A stretch of DNA of 64,000 nt. It comes from the human T2T-CHM13v2.0 reference genome, Homo sapiens. The notes under the pieces are model-generated. The model saw nothing but the letters and a program-made list of their open reading frames with translations. It did not search any database and had not been told where the DNA came from. The stretch lies in NCBI RefSeq assembly GCF_009914755.1, contig NC_060928.1. One strand, 5' to 3'. Positions 41,850 through 56,100 of the stretch are shown piece by piece; position 1 is the first letter of the stretch; each line of letters begins with the position of its first letter. A program made the position numbers and the translations under genes.

Positions 41850-44800
41850 TCAGTAACACAAATATATGTAATCAACAAAAGAACAGTCTTATAAATTTTT
41901 AAAACTACATACTAGCATTTTGTACTAAATGCTATCATAAAATGCAAAACTGCAAAACAAATTCAAAGTCTCATTACAACAATTCCATATCTACCTTCCA
42001 TATTAACATATCTATGTCACTCCCAATCGCTAGCATGAGCATCTTGGTTTACCTATTAATAAATACTTGCCTGCTTGTAATATGCATTTATTTTTCTCAT
42101 TATTATGTTATTACATTCAGCTTGTTTGGCACCATTTTAAAGAATTTATTTTGCTATCAATACCAGAAAACAATTTAGGAAACTGAATAGAGCAGGAAAA
42201 ATGTTAAATCTATGTACTTGAGTTGGTTATTGACTCCTTAGTTTAATAACTCATTTTTTCAAACCTGAATAATTTAAATGCATTAGAAATGATACAGCAT
42301 TAAAAAGTGCCTTCTGAAAATGGTAAACACTGGATCTAGGATCTGAGTTTGTAGTTATTACTTATTTAAAATAAACAAGCAAATTCCGTTGAGATACGGT
42401 CTCATTTTCAGGAATGGTCTATTAGCAGGCAGCAGTGAGCACAACAATTAGCCATATCAGCACATTAAAGCCTAATGTGTAAACTCAACATAGCAGCAAA
42501 CACACGTCCTACCATGGCCTATTAAGTAATCAGAAATGATTGCAGATAATTAGCCCAGGAACAGCTGCATAAACTCAACTATTCCATTTTTTGTCAGACG
42601 TGGAGACTTCAAGTGGAAGGGAGGTTTATCAGGTATGTCTTGAATTGGGTGGGAGTACCACTGTGAAATGAGAGACAGATTCTAACATTTGACGGCATAT
42701 TGCCATTTTACATCGTCTTCTGATCATACTCCTAACGTTCACATAAATATTGTTCTTGGGTAAAAATTATGGAAACAAAGATATCACCAGTGATTTAAGA
42801 AACTTGTAAAATTGGAAGTCAATATACGATAAAAAGTAGAAGTCGGTTAGTAAATCCCTTTAATGAGCGTGTATCATTCATACTTGTTTGTATTTTCAGT
42901 TCAAATTTGATTTTTGCATTCCCATCTATTCTTTCTGAGTGACATTAAATACAGCACCACTGGTAAATATATATTTGCATTTGAATTAATACGTATATTT
43001 GGTAAGTATTTCTTTTCTAAATTTAAAAAAATGTAGTCTCCTTTTTTTTCTATTCCTTTTTTACAAAAGAAAACATGCTAGGTAGAAGATGACAACTATC
43101 TGTAGATCTGAAAGACTGAGATAAAAAGAAAGAATTATATTTATTCCATGCACGTCCAGAAAAACAGAACTAAGATACATGAGTTTGATTGTTAAAAAGA
43201 AGAATAAAATTCCAAAAATTAGAATTTTAAAAAATGAAATGAGGACGCTGTGAGGTGCTTAGCTCCTACCGGGAATGTCATCAGAGAAATTCAGCGACTG
43301 ACCTCCTGCAGGAGTAGATGTGGTTAAAAGGAACCTCAGGTTCCATCAAAGTTTCCTTCCCACTGTAATATTCTAGGAACTATAACTAAAGAGGTTGAAG
43401 TCCTTCAAACACAGCTTTGCTATACACTTGTCCAGAGACCAGCAGCAGATGGGAATGCCACCTCTTAAAGAAGACTGGAATCTATGTTTATCTGTGCCCA
43501 TTATATCCTTAAGTTTGGACATTTAGCTGACCTTCTCTTTTAACATGGGTCTAATTTATTTGCTGTGTCATTTTCCATACAATTCAGTTGCTTTAAAAGT
43601 TCATTTCTCATACCATGAATTAAAATAAAAATTTGACCAATTAAAAAAACCAAAGAAAATGGCTCAGAATAAATGAATATATTATCAATGGTGCTAAACT
43701 TTTGCAGGGTAATTCCTGAATACTTGCATTAAAGATTTTGTATCATGAAATTACACTTAGCACATGTTTATTGTTTTTTGACAGTTTTCAGTTTATTTAT
43801 AGGCCTACCAAGGATAAAATGGATAGATAAAATTAGAAACCATAAATTTCACAGAGAATTAGTTCTACTGTATATATTTTACATTTGTTTTCTCTCTAGT
43901 TATCCTCTTTTTTATAAGCGTTCAATCAACAAATGTTGAAGTGCATGATGTCAGCAAGGCACTGTGAAAGCATAAATAAAGAACAGTGCTTCAAGGAGTT
44001 TACAGTCTTTGGGGGGAATTAAGCATGCAAAGTAACTATTACAGCCCAATGTGACAAGGACTATAGTCGAGAGAGGGAGGATGCAAAGAGAAAACAGGAA
44101 AAAGAACTCCCATTTCAACCTGGAGGACACAAGGAATCTTCACAAAGGAGGTAGCACTGAAGAGATGAGTAGTTGCCACCTTCAAGCAAGTAGAGTTTAG
44201 GAGAAGCCTATAAACAGAGAATTTGTAAAGGACTACTTGACATGGAAAGGAACTAGCATATTGTAAATATGAATGATAACTGGAGCTAAAATCAACCCAC
44301 TCTAATAATGGTCATTATTTTCATGCCGTTCATTCATTGCAAATTATTACCTGTTCTCACCCAACTTACCAAGAGTGGGCTTACTATAACCGCTGTTTCC
44401 TAGAGCAACACTTGTTAAGTAAAAGTGCTAATAAAATGTGAACTAGCAGCATCAGCACCAGCTTAGAGCTGCTTAGACTGTCCGGGATTAAGGCCCAGGA
44501 ATGTTTGCTGTCCAACAAGCTCTCCTGGTAATCCTTGTGCATTCTCAAATTTGAGGACCCCTGTCCTCTGGAGGAAAAAGTATTTGCTTGTGTTTTAGAT
44601 AACATTTTAATATACTACATTGGAACACACATGTGAGACTTCTTTTTTGAAATGTGTTGTAATACGTGGGTTAATTCATTTAAAATGGAATTGAAATGTG
44701 AGGTTGAAAAAAGAACAGTGAGTGCAGTGGGAGTCAGGCAACCTGATTTCTCATTTCAGCTCTGCCACTAAATAATCATTAATAATAATAATAACAATAC

Positions 44801-47800
44801 ATATGATTGCTAACAAATATATGAAACTCTGCCAAGATACAGAACTTCTCTTGGATCTCAGAGTCTTCAGCCATAAGACGAGAAGGTTGTATTAGAAGAT
44901 CTCTAAAATCCCTTTCCAAATCTAAAATACATTTCTCAAAAAGTTTCCGCATTCACCATTTGCATAATTAAATAGTATAATCATCCCCAATCCCTTCAGA
45001 TTAGCTCCAGTTGTTTTCAGCTTCTTGTGTCTTTTCAAAGCAGTACTGAAAAGACCGCTCTCTGCTGTGTTTCCCTGTCCATCACTTTTAAATCTGCTTT
45101 TCTTTCTGCCCTCTCTTTCTTTTAGGTCAGTGGTTAGTTCACTATACAATTGTTTAAAATGAGGTATTCTTACTTTTATACATGTAAATTCCCATGAAAA
45201 CTGCTTGATTAAAACTCCCCCATAGACTTCTAGAAGAAAACAAAACAAATTGTACTAATCTCAGAGTGTGAAGCATCCTGTCTTGAAGGTCAATTGAACA
45301 ATTCACAGGGGCTGAAAACTAACAAGAAAAAAAAGTTTCACTGAAGTTAAGATAGAGGAGAGAAGATCAGAGAAGCTAGCAACCCAGGGGAAAAATGTCA
45401 CACTGCTGTTCGTGCACAAGGCCGCTGAATTTCCTTTTCTCTTCCTTTCTGTTTTTCCCTCCCTCCTTTCCTCCTTTCCCCTACTTCCTTTCTTCCTTCT
45501 TTTTTATCTCTTTTGTTGATGCTGATTGTCTATCTGTTGAATTGCTTTCACACCAAATCTTGCTTATGTAAACTATAATCTTCAAAAAGGCAAGATTTAA
45601 TAACCCCCATAATATTTAGTGAATACCTCCCAAACAAATAATTTCTCAATAAAAGCTTAAGGGAAACACACTTAAAGAACAAATGCATAATGCATTATAA
45701 TCCTGGCAACAGTCAATTAATTGGCTTTCTTTACAACCTATGAGTGCTTCTTCCCAAAACATTTTATTTGTATTTTCGCAAGGAGGTACATTTTTTCTTT
45801 CATCTGTCCACTGCTTCCTCGGCTCCTGCTCGCTTTCTGTTAGGATGTGTGACTGGGGTCGGACATATGCTGGCGCTTTGCTTGTATCTCACACACTGCA
45901 GTGTTTTAGCACTTCATATTTTATGTCCTGGCTCTCCAACTCCTAACGCATTCCTGGGTAATGCAGCTTCTGCCTGAGTGCCCTTGAGGCCCACTTAGAG
46001 CATGTGCATGGTTGATCTAAAACTTTTCAATAACCCTTCTCTGCCTCAGATAGGAAATTACAAGAGAATGCCCTATTTCAGCATCACATTGCAATCATTC
46101 TACCTCCATGCCTTATGGTCTTGCATCCTCAAATTGGTCTTATCTGCTATAGCTGATTGTCCAGTGCTTTCCAATGGGGCTGTAACTACAGCATGTTTCC
46201 AGCACCCTCATTTTGTTTCAGGAATGAACATAGATAATTTTGATCCATGGTCAACTCCAGTGGTGAAAATCTTCAAAGCTGTTAGTTATCAGTTCAAAAA
46301 AGATTGGAAGTAGTTCATTTCTAAATAGTACATCATTTCTGGAATGTGGATTACTATGTAAGCCTCTCTTGATGCCACTCTTAAAGAAACATGAGCAATA
46401 GTCTTTCAAAACGCTCTGTATGCAAATAATTGCTTTGTCACAGATCGTTTTTGAGCTACTTATTGTCACCCACTTTATTCACAATGTTAGCCTAATGTTA
46501 CTCCCTCAGCTAACTATATTGATTCCCTCATTCTTTCTTTTCCCTTCAATAAGATATGCATAAATCAAACAAAAGAATCCTCAGAAAAGCTTTCTCTAAA
46601 CCTCAGGTCAGTTCAGGAGCCCCTGTGATTTTTCTCAGTTCAGGTAAATCCTGTATATGTTCTTCCTAGAAATAATCACAATTGTAATGAAATCATGTAA
46701 ATCTTGTTGATGAATACCTATCTTTCTTTTTTAAATGAATGCACTATAAGGGCATGGATTTTCTCTTCTTCAACACTGAATCCCCTGTGCCTAGGCCAGT
46801 GGCTTGAGTGTAATTGGCATTCCATAAATGATTGTTGAGTGAATATGTATCCTATTCCTTTATTAATTTTCCTAGCTGCTCTTTGCCTGTTATTGTATTT
46901 CTAAAAATGCAATCCTTGGCATTTTGCTGCTTTGCTGGTAAAGGCATTCTCTCCCTGTAGACAAATGGACACACGAATAAAGCTTTTGAAATCCAAATTA
47001 CTATGGAAACAGCCCTTGTTTCTACCAGCTTGCTAAGTGGAGCACAGTGGTCACACATCTTACGCTGGAGGGAGCTGAAGTCACATACAAATTCTGGCTT
47101 CTCGGGTTCCCCTTTCCTTGTAGACACCCCCCAATCCTTCAGTTAGAACTTTTTTTCTTCAGGTGGGTTACAATGCAATTGATTGTGATTAGAGTACTTA
47201 ATCTATTCACTATAACTGATTAAGTTACTGCTTGATTGTGTTACAGCTTCATCCATTTACTGTGATTAGATTGTTGCTAGAAATATATGGATACAATCAA
47301 GCTTCTGCTATTGTCAAATTCCTCAGGGTGTTCTGAATTTCTCCACAAAATCTTTTTGTCTGTTCCTTGGGGTATGTCATTTCCACAGATAACTAATCTC
47401 ATCCATTACGTTTTGAATCTTCTTGATTTTATTCTCAGAGGACAACTTTATCTCAAAACTCCTGGGGTGACTTTCCTGCTCTCCCCAGTACTAACCATGC
47501 CTGACAAATAACTTACGGGGGGCACCAACTACGCTTTTCTTTGCCTTTCCTACGGTCTATTCCTTCATCTCAGAGAGGTGGTGGCAGAGACTCATTCATT
47601 TATAACTCCTAACAAAGAGTAGGAGACCTTTGTGTGAATTTTTCATCAGGGGCCTGGAATGCAAGTTATGCCAACATCTTCGATATATTAGAGGAGCAGA
47701 TTACAGCCCAAGAACTATAATTTCTTGACACATAACCTAAAGAACTTTACCAGAAATGGAAAAACAGAACTACAAATACCTCCGTATGTTTTAATTTTAA

Positions 47801-50800
47801 AAAATAACTTTCTAAAATATCGTATCATGAAGAAATTTTCTTTATCTAAATGAGTGGCCATGTTATCTGCACTTTAGAGGTTGAATAAAATTGTCACATA
47901 CTTTGAGATCCTCAATAACAGCTTTAATAATGTCTACTAAATGTTATTTGAATATGAACCCAGGTATCTGACAATCTCATGTAAGCAGAACACTGTGCAG
48001 TAAGTAAAACATGCTTTTGACAAGGTAAAATATAAATCCCCAAATCCCGGCACTCCATTTCTATAACTTATTTTGGGGGTGAACTCCTACCGTCTTAAAG
48101 ATGAGGATCAGATTCTGCTGATTTGCTCTTTGTACATTCTTTTCATAAAACTGATCGTCTGATATTCAAGACTTTCAGAAAATGAAAGCAGAAATCAGAG
48201 GTAAGTTGAGAGTGGCTTATTGGTATCCATGCTGATAAAAACTAGAAAACACAGAAAAATGCAGGAAACTTCAAAAAGCAAAGACCGAGAATCCAACATA
48301 TAAGAGCTGTCATATCTTGTCCAGATTTACAGTCATCCCTTTCTTATAGCATAAAATACTCATCCATGTTCATAGTAACAGCATCGAGGAATCAATTCAG
48401 TAACACACTGGTACCCTATCTGCAGCCTAACGTTTTATATTCGGCTCCTAACATGTTCTGGCACACGCCCTGGAATTCAACTGGCATAATGTCGAATGAT
48501 GCTGTGAAAATCCGCTTCATAGACACACAATGGAAATTAGGTACTTTACATGGTAATTTTTAATGGAACTATTTCAAGAGAAGGGTAAGAGAAAGTTAAA
48601 GGGTATCAAGAATAAAGCAAGTAACCTGGTAACTGAGAGTTAAAAAAAAATGGATGAAGAAGCCATCAAAGATTATAGAAAGGTCAGGAATATGGATCTT
48701 TGAAAAATGGAGAGGTAACATAGTATAGCATCAGAATTCTAGATCTTCTGAAACTCGCAGATTAAAGATTTAAGAAGGCTATAAATGAGGTAGAGGTAGG
48801 ATTTGATACAGAAAATGATTAAGATATAAATAAGAATCTCAGCATAGGCAAGATGCTGGTAGGGGGTATATTAGAAATGCTCAGGAGTGGATGACATGAA
48901 GAGGGCGAAATGGCAAGTTCAAGTCAAGGATAACAACTATTTTTGGCCTTGGGAGAAAAATAAAATGAGAAAATCTGAAGGAAAAAAAGAAGCAAAACCA
49001 AATCATGATCAGGCATAACTGGAAGGTAAATGACATTCTTTAAAAAATGAAGAACAAATTGACAAAGTTTAGGGAGATAACAGATTCAAACTAGGAACTA
49101 AAAAAGGTATCTGCCTTGAAATAGGTTTGAGACCAATATAATCATCATATATTCTCATGAGAATCCATGGGATTCACTGGGAGATCCAAAATCAGGATTA
49201 ATTGCACTCATGAAAGAGGCAATGAGGCAAGACTGGGAAATATTTTAAAAATTATAGAAAAACGCACCAAAAAGAGAGCTGTGCTTTGGAAATAAGGGCA
49301 TGCATAATATAATCCAAACGGTATCTTACTCCTGGAGGCTCACCTCACCATTAAGGTGTCTGAGGCTCAGCTTTTAACAAGTATACTTCTTCTGATCTTC
49401 TAATTAGAGTGTGTTCATGAGAAACAGAAGGATACATAAGGACTTAGACAACATGTTAAGAATAGATTGCAATCATTCCTGCCTTACCAATTAGAATTAT
49501 TTTTCCAGATCTCCTCATTAATTATAAAAATGGAAATTATTGTACTTGGTGCTTTACAATAAATATTCAAGCAACTGGAGCTGTAAAATATAACCTGGCA
49601 ATTTAAGTGATTTATTACAGCAGCGTAATGCTTGAGACATTTCTATTAGCTGAAAACCTGAAATATTTCTAGTAAAATATTTAACCAAAAGAAGGTCTCT
49701 TTAGGCCAAGTAAAACCAGAGCACTTGTAACTGAGAAAGGTGGATTCGTCCTCTTCCTTCTGTCACAAAAATATCATCAAAATTACCTTTTACCATATTC
49801 CATTATATAAATAACACAACTTTGTATAATGTTATACATAAAAAGAATAGGAAAAATGAGAACTGAGTGCTAAGTGAATTACTTCCAGTCATTAGAAGAA
49901 ACATAGATTTAGTAACATTGTGTCATTGTAATTGTTATGTTATGATACTTAGGTTTCTCATTAAATGATACCCATGTGTGGAATATTGTCCTAAGAACAA
50001 AAAGTGAACAAAATAAAGTAGTAAAATGAGCATTTTAAAATGACCCTTTTTCACCAAAAAGGTGTTATTAAATTATATGTAATTTTCAATGCATTAATAT
50101 TTTTGTGGTTTCTAATTAACTTTCTTTAATGGAAAAGTACTATATCACCAGAAATCACACATCATTTCAAAATTCATTGATAGTTTATACTTATTACTGC
50201 AAGATGTAGCTGACCTGGTCATTTTATTTAGTTGAAAAGAAAACAATAAAGCCAAATATAATTTTGCATGAGTCTATAATGAAAGTGTTTTGGAATGTGT
50301 AGATTTAATTGTACCCAATCTAACAACATCAGGCACAGTTTTCAACTACAGGGGGAAAAGGCAACAACCCTGTCTCTGTACATGGCCTCCTTCTTATGGG
50401 AAAGTCTTGCTAGAGTCTCACAATACAGACTGCATTTTACATTTCTTTTGATATTGACTTAAATAGCTTGTTATTGACAAAGGAAGAAATAGGTCAAAGA
50501 AACCGTTATAGTCACATCAAGCCTGTTCAGGGCTGTAAGGTTTCACTAATTGTGCACATTTCTCCGAAGTGAACGGTAGCAAATCCAGCCCTCACCACAT
50601 GCTCTCTGGCCTGCCTCGTTTTGTATTGAGCCATATTTTAAATTACTTGTCAATATTTATAATTGGAAGGTGTCACTTGAAAAGCCTAGATTTATGGATC
50701 CTCTTTAAAAATCAGAGATGGATCCACATTCCCCCATGGGCTCCCTCTTTCTGTAAGGTACTTGATCACTTTCGTCCCAGCCCTAACTATTCCTTGTTGT

Positions 50801-51482
50801 CCCTCCAACACTGAAAGAACATCGATTGTCCTTAAACAACTTTCTAGCTCACACCCATTTTACTTCTCACATTTATGTCACCTGCCTGGCAGTGCATGTG
50901 TGTTTGATGCCCACTCTACGAGCCTGGAGGATTAGCTTTGTCATGCCTTATTCCTCGACCCACGATCATTTCCTAGAGTCTAAGTCTGCATTATCTTCCA
51001 GATACCATCTCTCAGTGCTTGGAATAACTTTGAAGATTTTTCTGTCTTTTACGTTGTAAATTTAACCTGCACAGTGAAAAGATGTGGATTTATTTTCATT
51101 CAGCTTCCTTACTTAATCCATTCCTTCCGTTAATGTTCTGTTTTATATTTTTAATATCCTTATGTCCTGCATGGGAGGTGAATTCCTTTTAAATTAATAT
51201 TTTAATTTATTTAGTCTCTATTTAATTTTGCCTAGTCCCAAGGTTATTGCATATATTTAGATTTTGTCTGCTTTTCTTTTCAAAAATGTTATCTGTTTCT
51301 TTTCCCTAACCATTGCTATTTTAACATGTGTTTGCTATGTTCCTTCACTGAGACTCCTAAACATACTTATTTTAATGTAATTTTCAGCATACTATTATTT
51401 GTCTTTCTTCCAGAGTGAATTAATCTCCTGATGTTTCTGTTTTTATTTTATTGACTGTCTTTCCTAGCTTTGCTTTTCCTTA

Positions 51483-52436
51483 TGATGCAGGAATTTTTCT
51501 GAGCCCCTTTGCTGGGCTCGCGGTAGAAGACCACCCCATCTACTCAGCGCACCTAGCCGCGCCTGAGGGCAAGTCTCTGGCGCGAATCCCACAGCCACTG
51601 TGACTGCGGTGAGAGGCAGCATGTGAGTGAGCGAGTGCGGGGTCTGGCCAGCTGCTCCCAGCATCAACATAGGAGCAGGCTCCATGTGCGGCCCGCGGCC
51701 AAACGAGGTGTCACCCCAAGGGGAATGTGGTGACCCACTCAGGCAGGGATGCCCGTGACCCCGAAGCCCCAGAGGGGGTGTCACAGTGTGCTAATTAGCT
51801 CTTTTAGTTCTGCTCCCCACAGCCCAATGGACAGTGGTGTGTTAGCAGCTCAATCAGCCCCTTGCCCTGCTCTAGTCCACGGCTGCGGGACTACCTCGGC
51901 CCCGCCACTGCTTCCGGTGCATGGAGCAGCTGCCCTCTGCTGGCAAAGGCAGAGGGCCACAGTGTTGCAGCCTTTCCAGGCACCCATGTTTGCTGGGTCC
52001 TGAGCTCTTGTCCCACATTCATGAAGAATGAGGTCATGCTGACAACTGAAGGGTGATCAGGGCAGAGAATTTTATTAAATGACAAAACAGCTCTTAGTGG
52101 AGAGGGGACAGGAAGGTAGTCTCTCACCTGAAGTTGGGTCATCTCCCCCAGTATGGCTGAGTCTAGGATTTTTATACTCATAGATGGGGGAGGGGCGGGC
52201 CAAAGGTAGTATTGGAAAACGTAACATTCCATTGGTTAAAAAGCATTATTCAGAAAGAACCAATCAGGAAAGGACAGGCAAACAGGAACGGAAGTTCCCA
52301 CTCTGGGTCACGTTTTTCATCCGGAACCAGCAGTCCAGTCTTTCAGCCTTCAGGCTGTTTTTGACTTGAAGGTGGGATATCACAAGGGACCGGCCCCTAT
52401 CTGCCTAGGCATTTGACTGCCTCCTGTCACTTATCA
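51483..52436 (-). mobile_element. ERV1 solo LTR (LTR27/LTR28-like)
   Basis: TG...CA termini; near-TSD ctta/ctca; minus strand starts tgataagtgacaggaggcagtcaaatgcctaggcagatagggg. Confidence 0.75.
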
Positions 52437-52564
52437 CTCATATGTTTAAATTTTTATTTTGTTTTAGGTAAGTTTATATATCCTTTTTCTACATTTGGGT
52501 TTTTTTTTTTTTTTTTTTGGCATTTTCTTTTGCTTTAAGGGTACTCTTTATATATTAGCTTAAT

Positions 52565-53118
52565 TTGCCCATAGTGTGGTCAGGGGCATGGTGTGTTAGC
52601 ACTTCCCCGAGTGTGTGCAAACCGGGCCAGGCTGTGACAGCACCTGGGCTTGGCCCCAACCGCACTCTAATATCAGAGTGGGCTCCTGGAGTGGGGAGAG
52701 GCCAGGCAGTAGGAACAGAGAGGGCTTTCCTGGGCCCGGAGGGTGCAGACTACAGAGATGCCTGGGTCCTGTGCCTGGGAGGGCGGGACTCCTGCCCACT
52801 CCATGGCGCATGCAGGCAGCCCCGGCCACACCTCCTTACAGCCTGGGGTTGGGGCTCCAGGTCCTCACTGGGCCCCTCTCTGTCTGCCCTTCCATGCCTG
52901 ACTGGGCTGCTCCCCTGCAAACAGGTGGCTTAGCCTGGCCCCATCGTGGCAGCCCCCAGGGCAGGAGGCTCTGGGAGGTCTCCCACTTGTCCCTGGCTCC
53001 CACCGGCAGTGTGGAACATGGCAATGCCCCAGGCCCAGCTCTGCCTCCTTCCTGCGTCCTCCTCACAGCAGCCAGTGTGATGGCAGTGGCTGCCCTGGAC
53101 GGTCCGCCGCTGCCATCA
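52565..53118 (-). mobile_element. MER52-family ERV1 LTR, 5' portion
   Basis: GC-rich; minus strand begins tgatggcagcggcggaccgtcc like recalled MER52. Confidence 0.7.
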
Positions 53119-53177
53119 TCAGCATCTCTGAATCTAAATTGATCAGAAAACACTCTCAATCACATAGTTGGTCTCAT

Positions 53178-53326
53178 TTTAAATTTAATTATTTATTTTA
53201 TTTTTGTGTAGAGACAGGGAGGGTCTTACTGTGTTTCCCAGGCTGGTCTCAAACTTCTAGCCTTAAGTGAGCCTCCCACCACATCCTCCCAAAACACTGG
53301 GATAACAGGCATGAGCCACTGCACCT
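53178..53326 (-). mobile_element. FLAM/Alu left monomer
   Basis: Single antisense monomer. Confidence 0.85.
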
Positions 53327-54777
53327 ATAGATAAAACTATAGATTTAAAATATTAAAATAAAACTATGGATTTATTTTAAATATTCTCTTTTGTCCTAGA
53401 ACATCAAACCTCTAAAAGCCTTCCATATCCTCACTTTCAATTGTCTATATCCTATGTCACTAAAGAAACAGAAGCAATCAGAAGAGAACTTCCATTAGCT
53501 TCCTCTGTCACCATCTACCCACCTGCATTGAGCAAGTTAAATCTTATTAGTGTGCCTCCTCCAGAGAAGTACTTCTTCAGTGGCAGTGTTTTAATGATGT
53601 AAAGAAGTCTTTATTAATCAGAAAGAAATCTTACAATAAATAATTTGGGAATGCAAATGTCTTTATGATCTCATACAATTTTATTATTCCACCATAAGTA
53701 CTATTATTTTAGATCTTTGAGATCACTGATAAATTACTTAAACATCATAGTATATTACAAAGTTGAAGTGTCAGTCGCTTCGTGAGCCCCTGATACTGTC
53801 TTCAGCATTGCCCTTCTTAGAAAATTGATTCATTGACTGTTTTGACCTCATTGATCTTGATATATCTCCAACATAATTTCAGGGATGCATTATAACTGAG
53901 GCTGATTTGAAATTATTTTCTCTTAAATAGCATCACAGAATGAACCTGATATTAGGAAATCTATGACATTAAGTAACATTTTTTAAAAGACTTTTTACAT
54001 TCATCCCTCAAGAAGTAGAGCGCATGTCCTTTTTCTAGCAGCTGCAAATGACAACCTGCACAAGTTCAACAATCCACAACTATATACATGGCTACTATGC
54101 ATGAATCTGATGACTGCAAAGGATTGGAAGAAAAGTTATAAATAGGTGGTCAGGGAAATGTCACCTTAGTTCTGAGACTATAGAAAAACTTTTCAGCTGT
54201 ACCTGGAGAATGTAAAAACTACTGCTTAATAAATGAGTGTTTAGTCAAGGAGAGAGGGTTTTTCGTTTTTCATACTCTACTTGATCTTAACGGGCTCTTT
54301 TATTTTTCAAGAGTAGTCTATGATAACTTACTTTGGCATTCTCTCCTTGAGAGCTAAAATTCTGTAACTCTATCAAGCTGGTTGCTTATTGCTCTTCTGT
54401 GAATAGCATACTCTGTCCAATCTATTTCAAAGGACAATACTCCAGGCATAACATATGATGCAAATATAATGTGGCGATCTGACTTTCAAGAGGTATTTCC
54501 TAAGAAGCACGTTTAAGCAAGAGCAGCATGCCACAATCAGCCCTTGTATGTATTATATGAAACCGACTTAAGTGTTACAGAGTAAAGTAACAAACTTAAC
54601 TTTCTCAAAAACAGATCATATCCCAAAGATTGAAAATATCTTGTTCTCTACAACTTTTAGCTCATAAGCTCAATTCTCTACCTTTCCCTGAGCATGGTTT
54701 GATGCTCCTTAGACCCCAAATGGAGAAGAGAGTCCTTCTTTCATGGTTTCAGCTCCACTTAAGAGATTCATGGTAGG

Positions 54778-55124
54778 TGGCTTAGTCCTACTGCTACAAC
54801 AAAAATACCCCAGGCTGTGTAATTTATAAAGACAATACATTTCTTACTCACAGTTCTGGAGACTGAGAAGTCTGAGATCAAGGTTCCAGTAGATTTGGTG
54901 TCTGGTGAAAGCCTGATCTCCGCTACCAAGATGGCACCTCGTTACTGCATCCTCACACGGCAGAAGGATAAGGCAGCTCTGTTCAGCCCCTTTTATAAGG
55001 GTATTAATCCCATTCATGAGGTTGGAGCCTTATAAAATGACTTGTTTCACAAAAGACCCCACTACTTAATAATATCAGGTTCCAGCATGTGAATTTTGGG
55101 GGGATGCCAATATTCAGACCATAG
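54778..55124 (-). mobile_element. MLT1A-like MaLR solo LTR
   Basis: ctcacagttctggagactgagaagtctgagatcaagg...aatcccattcatgagg...attcagaccatag. Confidence 0.8.
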
Positions 55125-55239
55125 GGACAGGTTTCTCCCACTGTTCCAGATATCAAACCTGGAAATGTACATTGTATAACACACCCAAGACCAAGAGGAT
55201 AAACAGAACTAAGGAGGTATATTAGGAGATCCTCATTCA

Positions 55240-55557
<318 letters not shown>

Positions 55558-56100
55558 TCATTCAGTGTGTCAAACATAACAATCACCTGATATAACTATA
55601 AAGATAGCAGTCAGCCAAGTTATCACAAAGAATTTTTAGGCAATAAACAACAACAGTACCAAGCAAAGCATGATGTGCTTTCTAACATTCCTCCTCAAGA
55701 CCTAGCCTCTTCCCAACCCCTTAGATATCATCACATATGTGTCAGTAGCAGTCACTCAATGACAGCATCTCAGAGTAAATTCTGACTCCTTGCTGTAAAA
55801 ATCAGAACAATTTTCCCTACAGCGGTCAAAATGTTTGCATCTTCCTCTCTACATATCAGAATCAAATCTCTGGTTCAGGTCACACTCATCTATCTCATAG
55901 CTGAATGACTGTAATTTTCTCCACTGTGAAAATCATCTCTTTGGTCTTTCAGTTCTGCTTGACTATGTCAAAATCTTACTGGCTTCCTTTGGACTTCTGT
56001 ATTAAATTCCATTTCCGCTCCCTCGGTTTCTTTCTGTTTACTCAACAGCATTACAGCACTCATCTAGCCAGGCTTTGCCACCTGCCCCTTCGGTTTAGAG

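Noticed and set aside
51464-53159. Long ORFs on both strands; possible CpG-island gene
   Set aside because: Explained by GC-rich LTR sequence with few stop codons
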